64,000 nucleotides of DNA from Octopus sinensis (Eukaryota): the NCBI RefSeq assembly GCF_006345805.1, contig NC_042998.1:180544001-180608000 (forward strand), written 5' to 3'. The position numbers and the translations under genes are program-made. Positions 52,957-64,000 of the stretch are shown piece after piece. The notes below the pieces were generated by a model. That model did no database searches, had not been told where the DNA came from, and worked only from the letters and a program-made list of their open reading frames with translations. Position 1 is the stretch's first letter; the number at the start of each line of letters is the position of its first letter.

Positions 52957-54185
52957 TTGGGTTAGCAACTAAGCTTCCGCTGTTGTTTTTTTAAATTTTG
53001 GAATTTATTGTATTTTTAAACTTTGGAATCTATTTCTTTTTTTTTTTTTTTTACGAGAATTCTATTTTCGAATCATTCTCAAATATTTGGGGTTTTTTTC
53101 TTTTACCAGTTAATTTTAGTTAATTTTTGTTTATTTTCAGGTCATTAAAATGACCTGAAAAACGAGCATTTTCGACACCTCCTTCTTTTTGCTTTCAATC
53201 AAGATTCTAAGGCCGCAAAAGCTTCTCGCGAAATTTGTGCTGTGTATGGAGAGGGTGCCATAGCTGAAAGAACTGCTCGTGATTTGTATGCCAAGTTCAA
53301 AAATGGAAATTTTGACCTCAAAGACGAACCTCATTCTAGCCGTCCAGTTGAGTTCGATGAAGAGCGATTAAGCCGACTTTTGCACGAAAATTCTCGTCAA
53401 CCGACAAGGGAACTGGCGGAGAAAATTAATCGCACCTACACTGCTATAGAGAAACATCTTCACTTGATGGGAAGGTTCAGAAGTATGGAGCTGGTTTGCT
53501 TGTTCCTCACCGCTCAACTCATGGACACAAGCAACGATTACTTTACTGAATCGTTACTGGCGACGAAAAATGGTGCCTGTACATCAATATGAAGCAGCGT
53601 AAGGAATGGTTTACCGAGCGTGAAACAAGATCTTCATCCGCGTAAAACGATGTTGTGCGTATGGTGGGACTGGAAAGGGATTATCCATTATGAATTGCTT
53701 GAACGTAACCAAACGGTCAACGCGGAACTCTGTTTTCAACAGATGGAACGCCTCAACACGACTATTCAAGAGAAAAGACCTAATCGCCTGCATGGAGTTC
53801 TTATGCTGCACGACAACGCCCGCCCTCATATCGCCAATATGACCAAGGAAGCCATTCAAACGCATGGCCGGGAAGCGCTGCCACACCCGCCGTACACTCC
53901 TGATTTGGTACCAACGAATTGCCACTTCTTTCGATCTCTTTCAAATGCTATGCGCGGAGTTTTGTTCAACACTGATGCAGAATTGAGTGCTTGGTTGGGT
54001 CGATTTTTCGAGTCGAAATCGGATGATTTCTACCAACGAGGTATTGAAACTCTTGTTGAACATTGGGAAGAAGTTGTAAACAACAAGGGGGAATACATTA
54101 TTGATTAACTAGTTGTTATTCTTTATTAAACCTTTTAAAAGCTTTAAATTTTTAAAAATCGGTGAGAACTTAGTTGCCAACCTAA
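52957..54185 (+). mobile_element. Near full-length mariner transposon (frameshifted/deleted)
   Basis: TIR ttgggttagcaactaag (52957) matches the reverse complement cttagttgccaacctaa (54169-85), TA TSDs. Peptides 'YGEGAIAERTA..FKNGNFDL', 'MLCVWWDWKGIIHYELL', 'HDNARPH', 'HPPYTPDLVPTN'. Confidence 0.93.
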
Positions 54186-56612
54186 TATATTTATTAGTGT
54201 CGATGTTCATTTGTCTTAAAACAGCTCGACCATTTTCGAACGTATGTTTTCCTTTAGTCGCACATGAATCCAAGATTCGTCTGAAATAAGGTATGAAGAA
54301 AGTAACCTTCTTCTCAGCTGGTGATAGAATAAAACAAGGAGGGTTCTTCAAAGATATTTCGAAAAACACATAGCTATTAGGGTTGTTGTACGCTCTCTCA
54401 TCCTTTCTCTGTTTCATACTCATTTTTATGAAGAATTGATGGAGGATTACGCTTGTCAGTGTCGTTTGGGTGTTTTTATCTGCTTTTTCAATATATTCCT
54501 TTGTTGTCACTTTGTATCACCATTTTCACACAATACACACACTCGCACAAACACACACACTACACACACACGCACAAACACACACACTACACACACACGC
54601 ACAAACACACACACACACACACACACACACCTGTTTGCTCACGTGAGTGGTTTGTGTATAACAAAATGCTAATACTCAAGGTTTCGCTTTGCCGCTCTTT
54701 CAGCTGGGCAAATGCAATATTTACTATGCATTTTTATCTAACGAGAACTGTGACAGTCTATATGTCTCTCCGTCTTTCTATATTCTTAGTATACATCGTA
54801 TATATCGAAGAAATATTCAAGCATTAATAGATATCAGTCTAGACTGCCTTGTAGTAACATCGCTGTAAGCATGCATTATTGAGCATATAATGGAAAGTAC
54901 TTCATTATATCTACTCTCTTATATTGTTTTCCAATATAAAATAAACATCTTTCTTCGTCTACTGCAAATTTCTCTTTAACTCAAAAGTATATCGAACGAA
55001 TCAATTTAAAAGGAGATGGTGCAATTGTTAGCCAAACTACTTTAAAAAAAACTATATGTAGCATTCTCAAACTTGTATGTTTATAAAGACGTCAACTAAA
55101 TCTTAATACATTTTTTATCAATACATGTCAAACTATAATGCAGTACAGCCAAAAAATTGTATGTTTTGCTTTGACATTTGCTTCTATCTGTTAGCAATTG
55201 GGGAAGTTGTTATTATGACGACGCTTTAGATAGATTATTTTTGTTTGCTTGATTGTTTTATCAGACTGATTCGTTGCTGTTTAATATTGTTTTTCGTTTT
55301 TGCTTTCCAGCAACAATTTGTTTAGAGTGTTGGTAAAGGAATTGATATGACATAACATGTTCTTTAGCTGTATGTACAAATATAATCTGGTATTCTTGGT
55401 TTGGCAGACATAAATATTTACACTTATACATTAAAAATGTTTTAAAAAAGTTAATCTGGAGAGACGAGACTGTACCAATTACTTTTGAAAACCTTTGAGG
55501 TCGGTGCAGTGTCTACTTTCACGATAAGTTGGTCGAGGTTTGCAGTTAAAACTTTTCCAGGAAATCCGAAATATTTCATCTTTCGAGATAAACATTGGAA
55601 ACATGTTTTAGGGAGGTGTATATGACATAAAATATATGTGGCCCAAGAAACACAAACATAGATATAGAATTCTATATCACTAGACTGGTATAGGAATCGC
55701 TAGTTTAAAGAAATATGTGGCCCTACTTTCACTTCGTACATAGGCAGCAACTTAGTAGATCTGATTTACTTCTTGGTTTTAAAACAAAAACATAACATCC
55801 AAGTACAGTTCGGACAATGTTATGAATGATGAAACCTAACATTGTATCAAGTTTAAGTGATTTAATTGTTGCTATTCGTACATAGTCAGCGAAATTATAC
55901 AATGTGATATATTATGTGATGCATATAATATTGAATAACCACATTGATAAAGCCGACCAGCTTGTGGTATCTTATTGGATGATATATAGTTTGATAATCT
56001 GAGTCTTACAAAGCGGCGCATTTCGAGCACAAAACGGGTAAATTGTCAATGTTCATAAAGCTAAAAAGAATAAAGAATTATCGTCTACTTAAATGTGTTC
56101 AAATAGGGAAATATATAAGATCATTATAGTTGATCATTAAAGAAGAAAGTATTTGGAAGAAAAAGCTGGAGTAGACAAGTGATAATTGGTGAAGAGTTGG
56201 CAAGAACTCCGTTGGAGCATGATGCATACAGTTGAGTGGTCTCACATGAATTTAGATATGAAAAACGAATGAAGTTAATAAGGGAGAATTTCACTGGATG
56301 ATTTTCATAGTATAGACAGAGTAAAACGTTGTTAATGTCCTGATATTGGGACCAGTTTGTTTGAGTCTATGTACACTTGAAAGTATGCATGAGGTTGTAG
56401 CTTAAGAAGCAAAATAAGGACGAAATACAGCATAATGACGTTGAGATAGAAACTGAAATTAAATTTTGGTTGAGGGGATGAGAAGAAATATTCTGAAACT
56501 TAGTGACAACTCTTCAAGTTTTCTTGAAGTATCTGCAGATATAGTACAGTATGGAAATGCTCTGTATTCTTTGATTGTAGTTTTGCAAGATATGCAATTA
56601 TTATTATTCGTA

Positions 56613-56825
56613 AAGGCGGTGAGCTGGCAGAAACATTAGCACGCTGGGCGAAATGCGTAGCCGTATTTCGTCTACCGTTACGTTGTGAGTTCAAATTCCG
56701 CCGAGGTCGACTTTGCCTTTCATCCTTTCGGGGTCGATAAATTAAGTACCAGGTACGCACCGGGGTCGATATCTGTCCTTGTTTGTCCCCTCTGTGTTTA
56801 GCCCCTTGTGGGTAGTAAAGAAATA
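56613..56825 (+). mobile_element. SINE family C, tail type 1, full length
   Basis: Homologous to 9429-9654; 13-bp TSD attattattcgta (56600-12, 56826-38). Confidence 0.9.
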
Positions 56826-57049
56826 ATTATTATTCGTATTCTCATATTTTGGTTGGTAATTAAGTATTACTCAAACTTGATCAAGCAAATCAATGACTAA
56901 ACAGTATTCTAGTCTCTAGCTTTCTGAAAGCTAAAGTATACGAGAAGCATATTAACCAATGTGAAATTCCTAATTTAAAAGGTAAGAGTGTGATTTAAGG
57001 GATATTTTGCTCTGCTTTATAACAAGTAAATAAAGTTACAAAAAAGCAT

Positions 57050-58380
57050 CTTGTGTGGGGAAGATGGTGAATCTTTTTCAGACAATGTTGCCAGTGTTTG
57101 CCAATGTTCATCGCCTGCGCAGTGATTAAGTCTTGCCTTGCATAAATAAGTTTTAGACCTTGATTATGTTAGCAGCATCAAGACACTCAGAGAAATAGGG
57201 TTTCAAACATCCTGCTTTGCATGTCTCATAGATTTGTAGATTTGATGTCAGAGATAATCGACGCAGAATTGGCATAAATGTCACCAGTTAGTTAGCTTAT
57301 TAGAGGATGCAAAAGGTTCGTTAAATGGAGTCGTTATACGGTAGAGATAGTACGTAAGTTAAAGAGTGTGGGTGCGAGACTTCAGTCAGCAAACCACATT
57401 TCAGAGGGGATAAAGAGTGTTGATTTAACAGTATTAGAGTTAGTGGGGGAAATATTAATCTCACGAAGAGGCACATGGTACATGGATTTTTTTAGTAAGG
57501 TGATAGAATCAAGAGTCTGTTACTCCCTAGGTAAGATCGGGAAAATGCCCTTAACTTTTGCAGGAGCTCTGAAACTTGTAAGACTGGTAGCGATTATTTT
57601 CTGCTTACACTAATATAAGTTGACACACGCAAGAAAGACATTGGCGGTGAAGGTATACCAGAGTACCAGCATCCTGGAAACAAAGGACAGATCTATGTGT
57701 AATAGCTTGTAAGAAACATGACTAGAAGCATACGACATGGGTGAAGAGACAGAAGATTTAGTCTGGACATGCACAGCCCTTAGTAGTGGTAGAAAACGCA
57801 AGAAGCTGGAGTTTGTATGTGAAACATTTTATGCCTAGCAAATGGGTTGTTTTTCTCTAGCTGTAGCCCAGGATATCTCTGTGAGCATCAGCAACACCTT
57901 TCTCGGATATTGAAGGCAGACTTAGTTGCACTACTTAGCTTTGTAGAGTGTAAATAACTCTTGGGTTAAAATAATATTAGACACTAACTAGTTTTCACAT
58001 CCTGGTTATGTTAAGGATGTGCTTCACCTGAGAGATCCTCGGTAATCCTCAGACCTGATCATTTACATTACCTGTGTGAACACTAATTTCGTACTGTAAC
58101 TATGGTGAAGTGGGGTGAGATTTCTTGATGTGAATAGTTATTTATTTTTTATTGTCGAGAGAAACACTACACTCATATCCCCATCGGGTGATGCTTTCAA
58201 GGTCTATGTTCATAAATTAATGCAGATTTGACTCTGGATGATGCATAGTTGGGGAAATTCAGAGAGGACTGAGGGGTGAGTTTGCGTTGAAGTGAACCTT
58301 GTTGGATGTGGCAGATAGTAGGTTATTTACATACATATTCTTGGAAGAGAAGGACAAAGACTCCCTGTTGCGCCCAAAAC
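57050..58380 (-). mobile_element. Possible ancient LINE (RTE-like) RT relic
   Basis: Scattered collinear minus-strand motif echoes: 'KASPDG' (~58180), 'DYRG' (~58040), 'YLGS' (~57525); heavily disrupted. Confidence 0.3.
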
Positions 58381-59616
58381 AAGAATTATAGAGTTAAGAT
58401 AAGTCTAGATTTAGAAGTGAGATGTATCACATGACGTATGACACGTGACCACAGTAACAAGCATGAGATATTGAGATGGTTGTTATAAATATATGTGCAT
58501 GTATATATATATATATATGTATGTGTGTATAAGAATATGTATGTGTGTGTATGAATATATATATATATACACACTCACACACATACATATACATATGTGT
58601 GTTTGAGTGTGTGTGTGAGTGTGTGTGTGCGTGCGTCTCTATCTGTGCAACACATATATAGGCACCATCTTCTTCAAATATATAATACTCAACATATTTG
58701 TCGAAGAAAAAAAAGCAAACAGTTGCATTTGACCTGAATTGTTTATACTTTTTCTATGTCTCATTGTGTTAGGAGTGAACTAGTGCAATGTTTTCTTGTG
58801 TTTGCCGTTAGTTGATGAATTACTGCGGGTCTCCATATAATTTGTTGGCAGCTGACACGTCAGAGTTAGGGGAAAGCAAATGAAATTACGACGTATAGTA
58901 CAACTACGCCCTTTATAGCAAAAGAAATTGTCGTTTACCGTTATAAGAAAAACCGGCCTACTTGTGACTATACATTAAATTAGAAGTCATGCATAGCAAT
59001 AAAGAAACACACACACATGTTGGCCATCGTTTACAACTTGTTTTTCTTCATCGCTTGATGTATTGAGGTCTAAAAATGCTAAACGTGTCCAAGTAAAACA
59101 ACTGATATTCAAAAGAAAACACTAAAATAATTAACATTAAAAATAAATAAATAGTTTGAGATAGCATAAATGCATTTTCTTTAATATGTTCTTGCTTAAA
59201 AATAACTTTATATCATACGGAGAAAGGTGTGGTGGGAACCAGGAAGATATTTATCCAGTTGCTTCTCATCCTTCAAATATAAATTCACCAAGCCATTAGG
59301 TTCTTATTCAGAAGAGCCAAAAAAATATTAAAAGGGTAGAAAAAAGGAACATTAACCACATTTCGTTAAGCATGACAAGAACATAGCTATTTGAGGCTAC
59401 CAAGAGTAACATACAAAGAAATAACCATAATCTATGTTATCAAGATAGTACCCAGTTTAAGTTTTGCGCTACTACGTATTTTCATATGAAACGCCTCATC
59501 AATATCTCCTTCCTTACCCTGTATTTCGCTCATTTATGTCACGATTCAGTTTTGAACTCAGAATATAAATAAATTTGAAATCTTCATTTACCCTGGCGAG
59601 AAAAAGTAATATTACT

Positions 59617-60010
<394 letters not shown>

Positions 60011-60155
60011 CACCCACCCGCCAAATTTCACAGTCGCACGCACATACACACACGCACACACACATACGACGGGTTTTATTCACTTTCTGCGCAGGTGGGA
60101 TTGAACCCGTAGTGGAACTGAACCCGGAACAATATGATTGGGAAGCAAGCATCTT

Positions 60156-61627
60156 TATTTATTTTAAATTGCCATAAAGGCATTACATAGAGGGAGACAC
60201 TACAACACATGTGAGGCCATATAACAATTGAAATAAAAATATGATACTATGAATGACACATGAAAATGAACATAAAAACATTAAAATCAAAATATTAAAA
60301 TAATGATACATGAATGATACCTGAGAAATGAGAATATGATAAATGTGTTATTCATCCCACACTGAGTAACACCACTCGCTACCTCTGAGTTCCGAGTCCC
60401 CTTTAGTCCTTGATCTAGTCTTTCGTTTACCGTTTTCCCATCAGTGAGTGACAACACTCTCTTTCCTCTATGAATACGTAAACTTTTTCACCGGGAGAGG
60501 GGTCTTGTAAATTTTATGGTGTCTGTTCTTTCTTCTTTTTTTCCTGTGGGGAGATGGGATGGGTGGGTTTGGTGTCTGAGTGGTCTTGGGTGGGATGGAG
60601 TTGGTCTGGAGTCACTTCCACATCACACTGACTGTTCTTCATCTTTCTCTTTTTCCTCTTACCTCTCTGTCACTGTCCATTCATCCTCCTTGTTCCTGCC
60701 ATCTATCTGTACTTCTTCCCTTTTTTCCTCCGTCTTCAGCACCGCTTCTTCTGTCGTTTTCCTCTGTAGGGGGCAGTGAGCTCTGATGTGGCCCTTTGGG
60801 CCACATTTAAAGCATCGCAGAACTCTGCCCTCTACCCATACTCGCAATATTATTTCTCCCAACGTCACCGCCTCCGCCAAATTTTCCAGATGCTTCGCCT
60901 CCGCTTGTATGATGATTTCCAATGTTTCCCATCTATATCCTCCTTCCTCCGTATCTGTGGCTTGGATTACAGCCACCTCCTCCTCACTACCAACGAGAAC
61001 GGCTGCCACAACTCAAGCCACTTCTTTATCAGGTGGAATTCCTTCTACCCTCACCTTGAAAGTCATTCTTCCAAGATACATAGGTAGAAGTACTAATTCC
61101 TCAGTTTTTACAGTTGCACTCGTCAGCCTCTTTGCCTCCTTCGCTGTCCTAAACTGAACAACTACCGTCCTATATCCATTTCCTTTCGCTATATATGTCA
61201 CTTCCTTCGAAAGCCCTTCAATGCTTTGTCTACTTTTTCCATCTCCATCCGCTTCCACCTTTCTACTCTCCACTGAGTAGGTAATGATCTTTTCCATATT
61301 TTCCATGACTCTTTTCAGGGGTAATAACTTTACGTCACCGCCCACCTTCTGTGTCATCTTACAAAGCTCCTTCAGTAGAGCTGATTTACTTCTTTTTTTC
61401 ACCTCTGCAGCCTCAGCAAAACTCTTTATTTTTTGTAAATGCTCGTTCATTGTATTTACCGCCTTAACGAGTTCCTCCTCCGCTGAGGACAGTTCATATT
61501 TTCTAAGGTCCGAATACATTCCTTTCCACCTGTAGAACACTCACCGACAAACCGCTGGCAAGCAGGTCAAAAAATTCCGTCCGTCTCGTCAAAAGTCGAC
61601 ACAGCGAATAGACCGACGCATGCGCGT
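60156..61627 (-). mobile_element. 1.47-kb non-LTR retroelement encoding only an ORF1 (HAL1-like, L1/Tx1-type ORF1)
   Basis: 14-bp TSD gaagcaagc(a/t)tctt (60142-55, 61628-41); 3' end AAAATAAATAAA; no EN/RT motifs seen inside. Confidence 0.8.
60659..61519 (-). pseudogene. LINE ORF1-like protein (coiled-coil, RRM-like region, CCHC zinc knuckle), one in-frame stop
   Basis: ORFs 61013-61540 and 60659-61009 share a frame, separated by TGA; ATG at 61519; 'KVRVEGIPP', 'LRVWVEGRVLRCFKCGPKGHIRAHCP' (CX2CX4HX4C). Confidence 0.85.
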
Positions 61628-61711
61628 GAAGCAAGCTTCTTAACACACAACCACATTTGTGCCTCTGTTTGTGTGTGTGTGTGTGTGTGTTTGTATGTAA
61701 GTATATAAAAA

Positions 61712-61988
61712 CTCGCACGCCGTCGGTTGTTACAGCGAGTGTTCCAGTTGGTTGAATCAACGGAACGGCCTGCTCGTAAAATTAACGTTCAAGTGGCTGA
61801 GTATTCCACAGAAACATATACCCTTAATGTAGTTATCAGGAAGATTCAGTATGATACAGAGTGTGACAAGCTGGCTCTTTGAATTGCAGGTAGAACTCAT
61901 TTCTCCCAGTTGACTGGTCTAGAGCAACGTGAGATAAAGTTTCTTGCTTAAGGACCCAACTTGCCGCCGAAAACCGAACTCACAATCC
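61712..61988 (-). mobile_element. SINE family B, tail type 1 (older, 5' truncated)
   Basis: Reverse complement aligns with ~30918-31175. Confidence 0.8.
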
Positions 61989-63375
61989 TGCAGGCTGCCA
62001 TGATTATACAAACAACAAAATAACTTTGAGAAGCAGTCAGAAAGAAGCACACACACACACACCACGCACATACACATAGAAATACATACGTACACATATA
62101 CATCCTTACGTGTGTTTGTTTGTGTGTGTCAGTTCGTGTATGTGAATGTGTGTGTTGTGTGTGGAAAGCGTTATTGAAACAGCTAAAGGAGATATGAATA
62201 TTTCAAATACCACTAACATTGTTTTCAGTTATACACTTAATTATTTCATTTTGTTCGACTATTTTATACATGCGCGCGGCGTGCGTATTCGCACACACAT
62301 ACACACACACATATAGTTCTTGAGTAGTCTTCAATCTTTCACAGATAATTATGAACTAGTTATATAATGTAGTGCTTTAATCAAACGACTGCTCATCTTC
62401 ATTTACATAACTGTTCGTCATGCTTCCTAAATCTTCGATAAAATTCCGATTTTCTATTTTTGACAATTCCAATGGCATTTTCATCAATACTTTACCAATA
62501 TCACCGCACTTGTTGCCACTCACGTCTCAGTATAGCCGTAAATTATAAAGTCAAGGCTGTTTCTTTTCTGGGAAGAAACTAGTTGCATGCATCAATGAGT
62601 CATTCATGCATGAATGTTCATGCACGTAAATTCCATCAGTTATTATCTCCTTGTAGCACAACTATTCTTTAGGTTGCACGGCATTCAAGCCATCCTACAA
62701 GATTTTAAGATATCGGCTTCATGTCAGTAAAACTCAGCGAAAGTAATCCGTAAGGAATTATGGGAAATGAAGATCAGGTTAGTTAGTTCTCAGAGAAATC
62801 TGTTCAAAATGGATCGTGTAAAACTAACAGATGTACCGATGCTTTCTCTGCAATGCTGGTTTGCTAATCCTTACATGATATCTTTCAACGCGGTTCCAAA
62901 TAATGATCACGGCTGCTTGCATGTCAGCAAAATCAGAGAAAATTGAATCAACAACGAAAGGCAGACGATAATGGCTCATGGGCTGATGGGAAATCATTCA
63001 TTGTTAAATAATTCGATTTCATTACTTTTCTTATTCTTTGGCTTCATATCGGTCAACAACAACAAAAAGAAGTCTAGGTAAAATAAATACCAAATTGCGA
63101 TGTGTATGATGGAGACTTGATTACTCTCGCACACAATCCTCCTCGGCATCTATCTCCTTATATACAGACACACATACACACATACACACACGTGAGTGCA
63201 TACACATATGGACTCACGTTAGCGCATACACACGCACACACGTGAAAGCATACGCACACGCACACACGTGAGCACATACACACACATATTTTCTCTTCTC
63301 TATCAATCACACATACTCTCTCTAGTAACATACTCTTTCACATTCACGTACGTACTATACCAAACTCACATTCGC

Positions 63376-63442
63376 TTATACATACATACATATATACATA
63401 CATACATACAGACAGACAGACATACATACATACATATATATA

Positions 63443-63497
<55 letters not shown>
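63376..63497. repeat. (TACA)n/(TA)n microsatellite
   Basis: Directly visible. Confidence 0.95.
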
Positions 63498-63498
<1 letters not shown>

Positions 63499-63904
63499 TT
63501 TCTATAATCTCACTAAGCTATTCTATCTTTTTTACCATTTATTTAGCTTCTTTCTATATTTCTTTTATTTTTTCTCTATAATGCTACATTATCTCACCAC
63601 ATCGATCTCACTGCCTTATTTGTTTTTTTCTTTTGCAACTCACACATACAATGAAATGTAGTTCATCTACATATGTCTCTCTCTTATATACCTCCACTGT
63701 CTCCTTCTCAAACGTTCTCTTTCGAGCCTTTATCTTACATTTTTTTGTCCCTCGTACTTTTACCTTTTTTGCAGTAGTTTTTTTTTTCTTTTCTTCAAAC
63801 AACAACTATTCATCATAAACATTCTCGTTCTCTTTGCAACCAGACTTTTTTTCTCCCTTCTGCGTTGTATATTTTTCCTCTCTATTCTTCCCCTCTTTTT
63901 TTTT

Positions 63905-64000
63905 TACTACTAGTGCTACTAATACTATTACTACTACTACTATTATTATTACTACTAATGATGATGATGATGACAATGATGATTGCGATCGTGATGGTGA
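63905..64000. repeat. (CTA)/(TTA)/(ATG) trinucleotide repeat
   Basis: Directly visible. Confidence 0.85.

Larger units (their letters stand above)
60012..61664 (-). mobile_element. Degenerate SINE family A split by the ORF1-only retroelement
   Basis: Head 61628-61664 (aggcacaaatgtggttgtgtgttaagaagcttgcttc) continues at 60141 (ccaatcatattgttccgggttcagttcc..cccgtcgtatgtgtg). Confidence 0.75.

Noticed and set aside
53620-54108. SETMAR-like or domesticated transposase (third catalytic D appears as N)
   Set aside because: The upstream part is frameshifted/deleted, TIRs and TA TSDs are intact, and there is no SET domain: an ordinary dead mariner.

Overview
AT-rich, microsatellite-dense eukaryotic (metazoan) DNA with no intact protein-coding gene that I can support. 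The repeat content (tRNA-headed SINEs, mariner relics, huge (TA)n/(CA)n/(GATA)n arrays) looks like an octopod cephalopod genome; this is inference from pattern recognition only. The window holds seven decayed Tc1/mariner copies, two non-autonomous Helitrons plus a RepHel relic, Penelope-like (PLE) relics, and over 20 SINE copies in three main families (A, B, C) with swapped modules. Most ORF-track entries are microsatellite translations. Three things stand out. (1) A fourth tRNA-headed element at 39367-39932 whose 3' part is a minimal hammerhead-ribozyme module. The same module sits inverted at the 5' edge of a PLE GIY-YIG ORF (52019-52637), and the element is inserted as a fold-back palindrome, suggesting a SINE mobilised by Penelope machinery. 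(2) A 1.47-kb TSD-flanked retroelement encoding only an ORF1/CCHC protein, inserted in a SINE tRNA head (60156-61627). (3) Several palindromes and repeated same-site insertions. A possible short first coding exon (10445-10480) is weakly supported.
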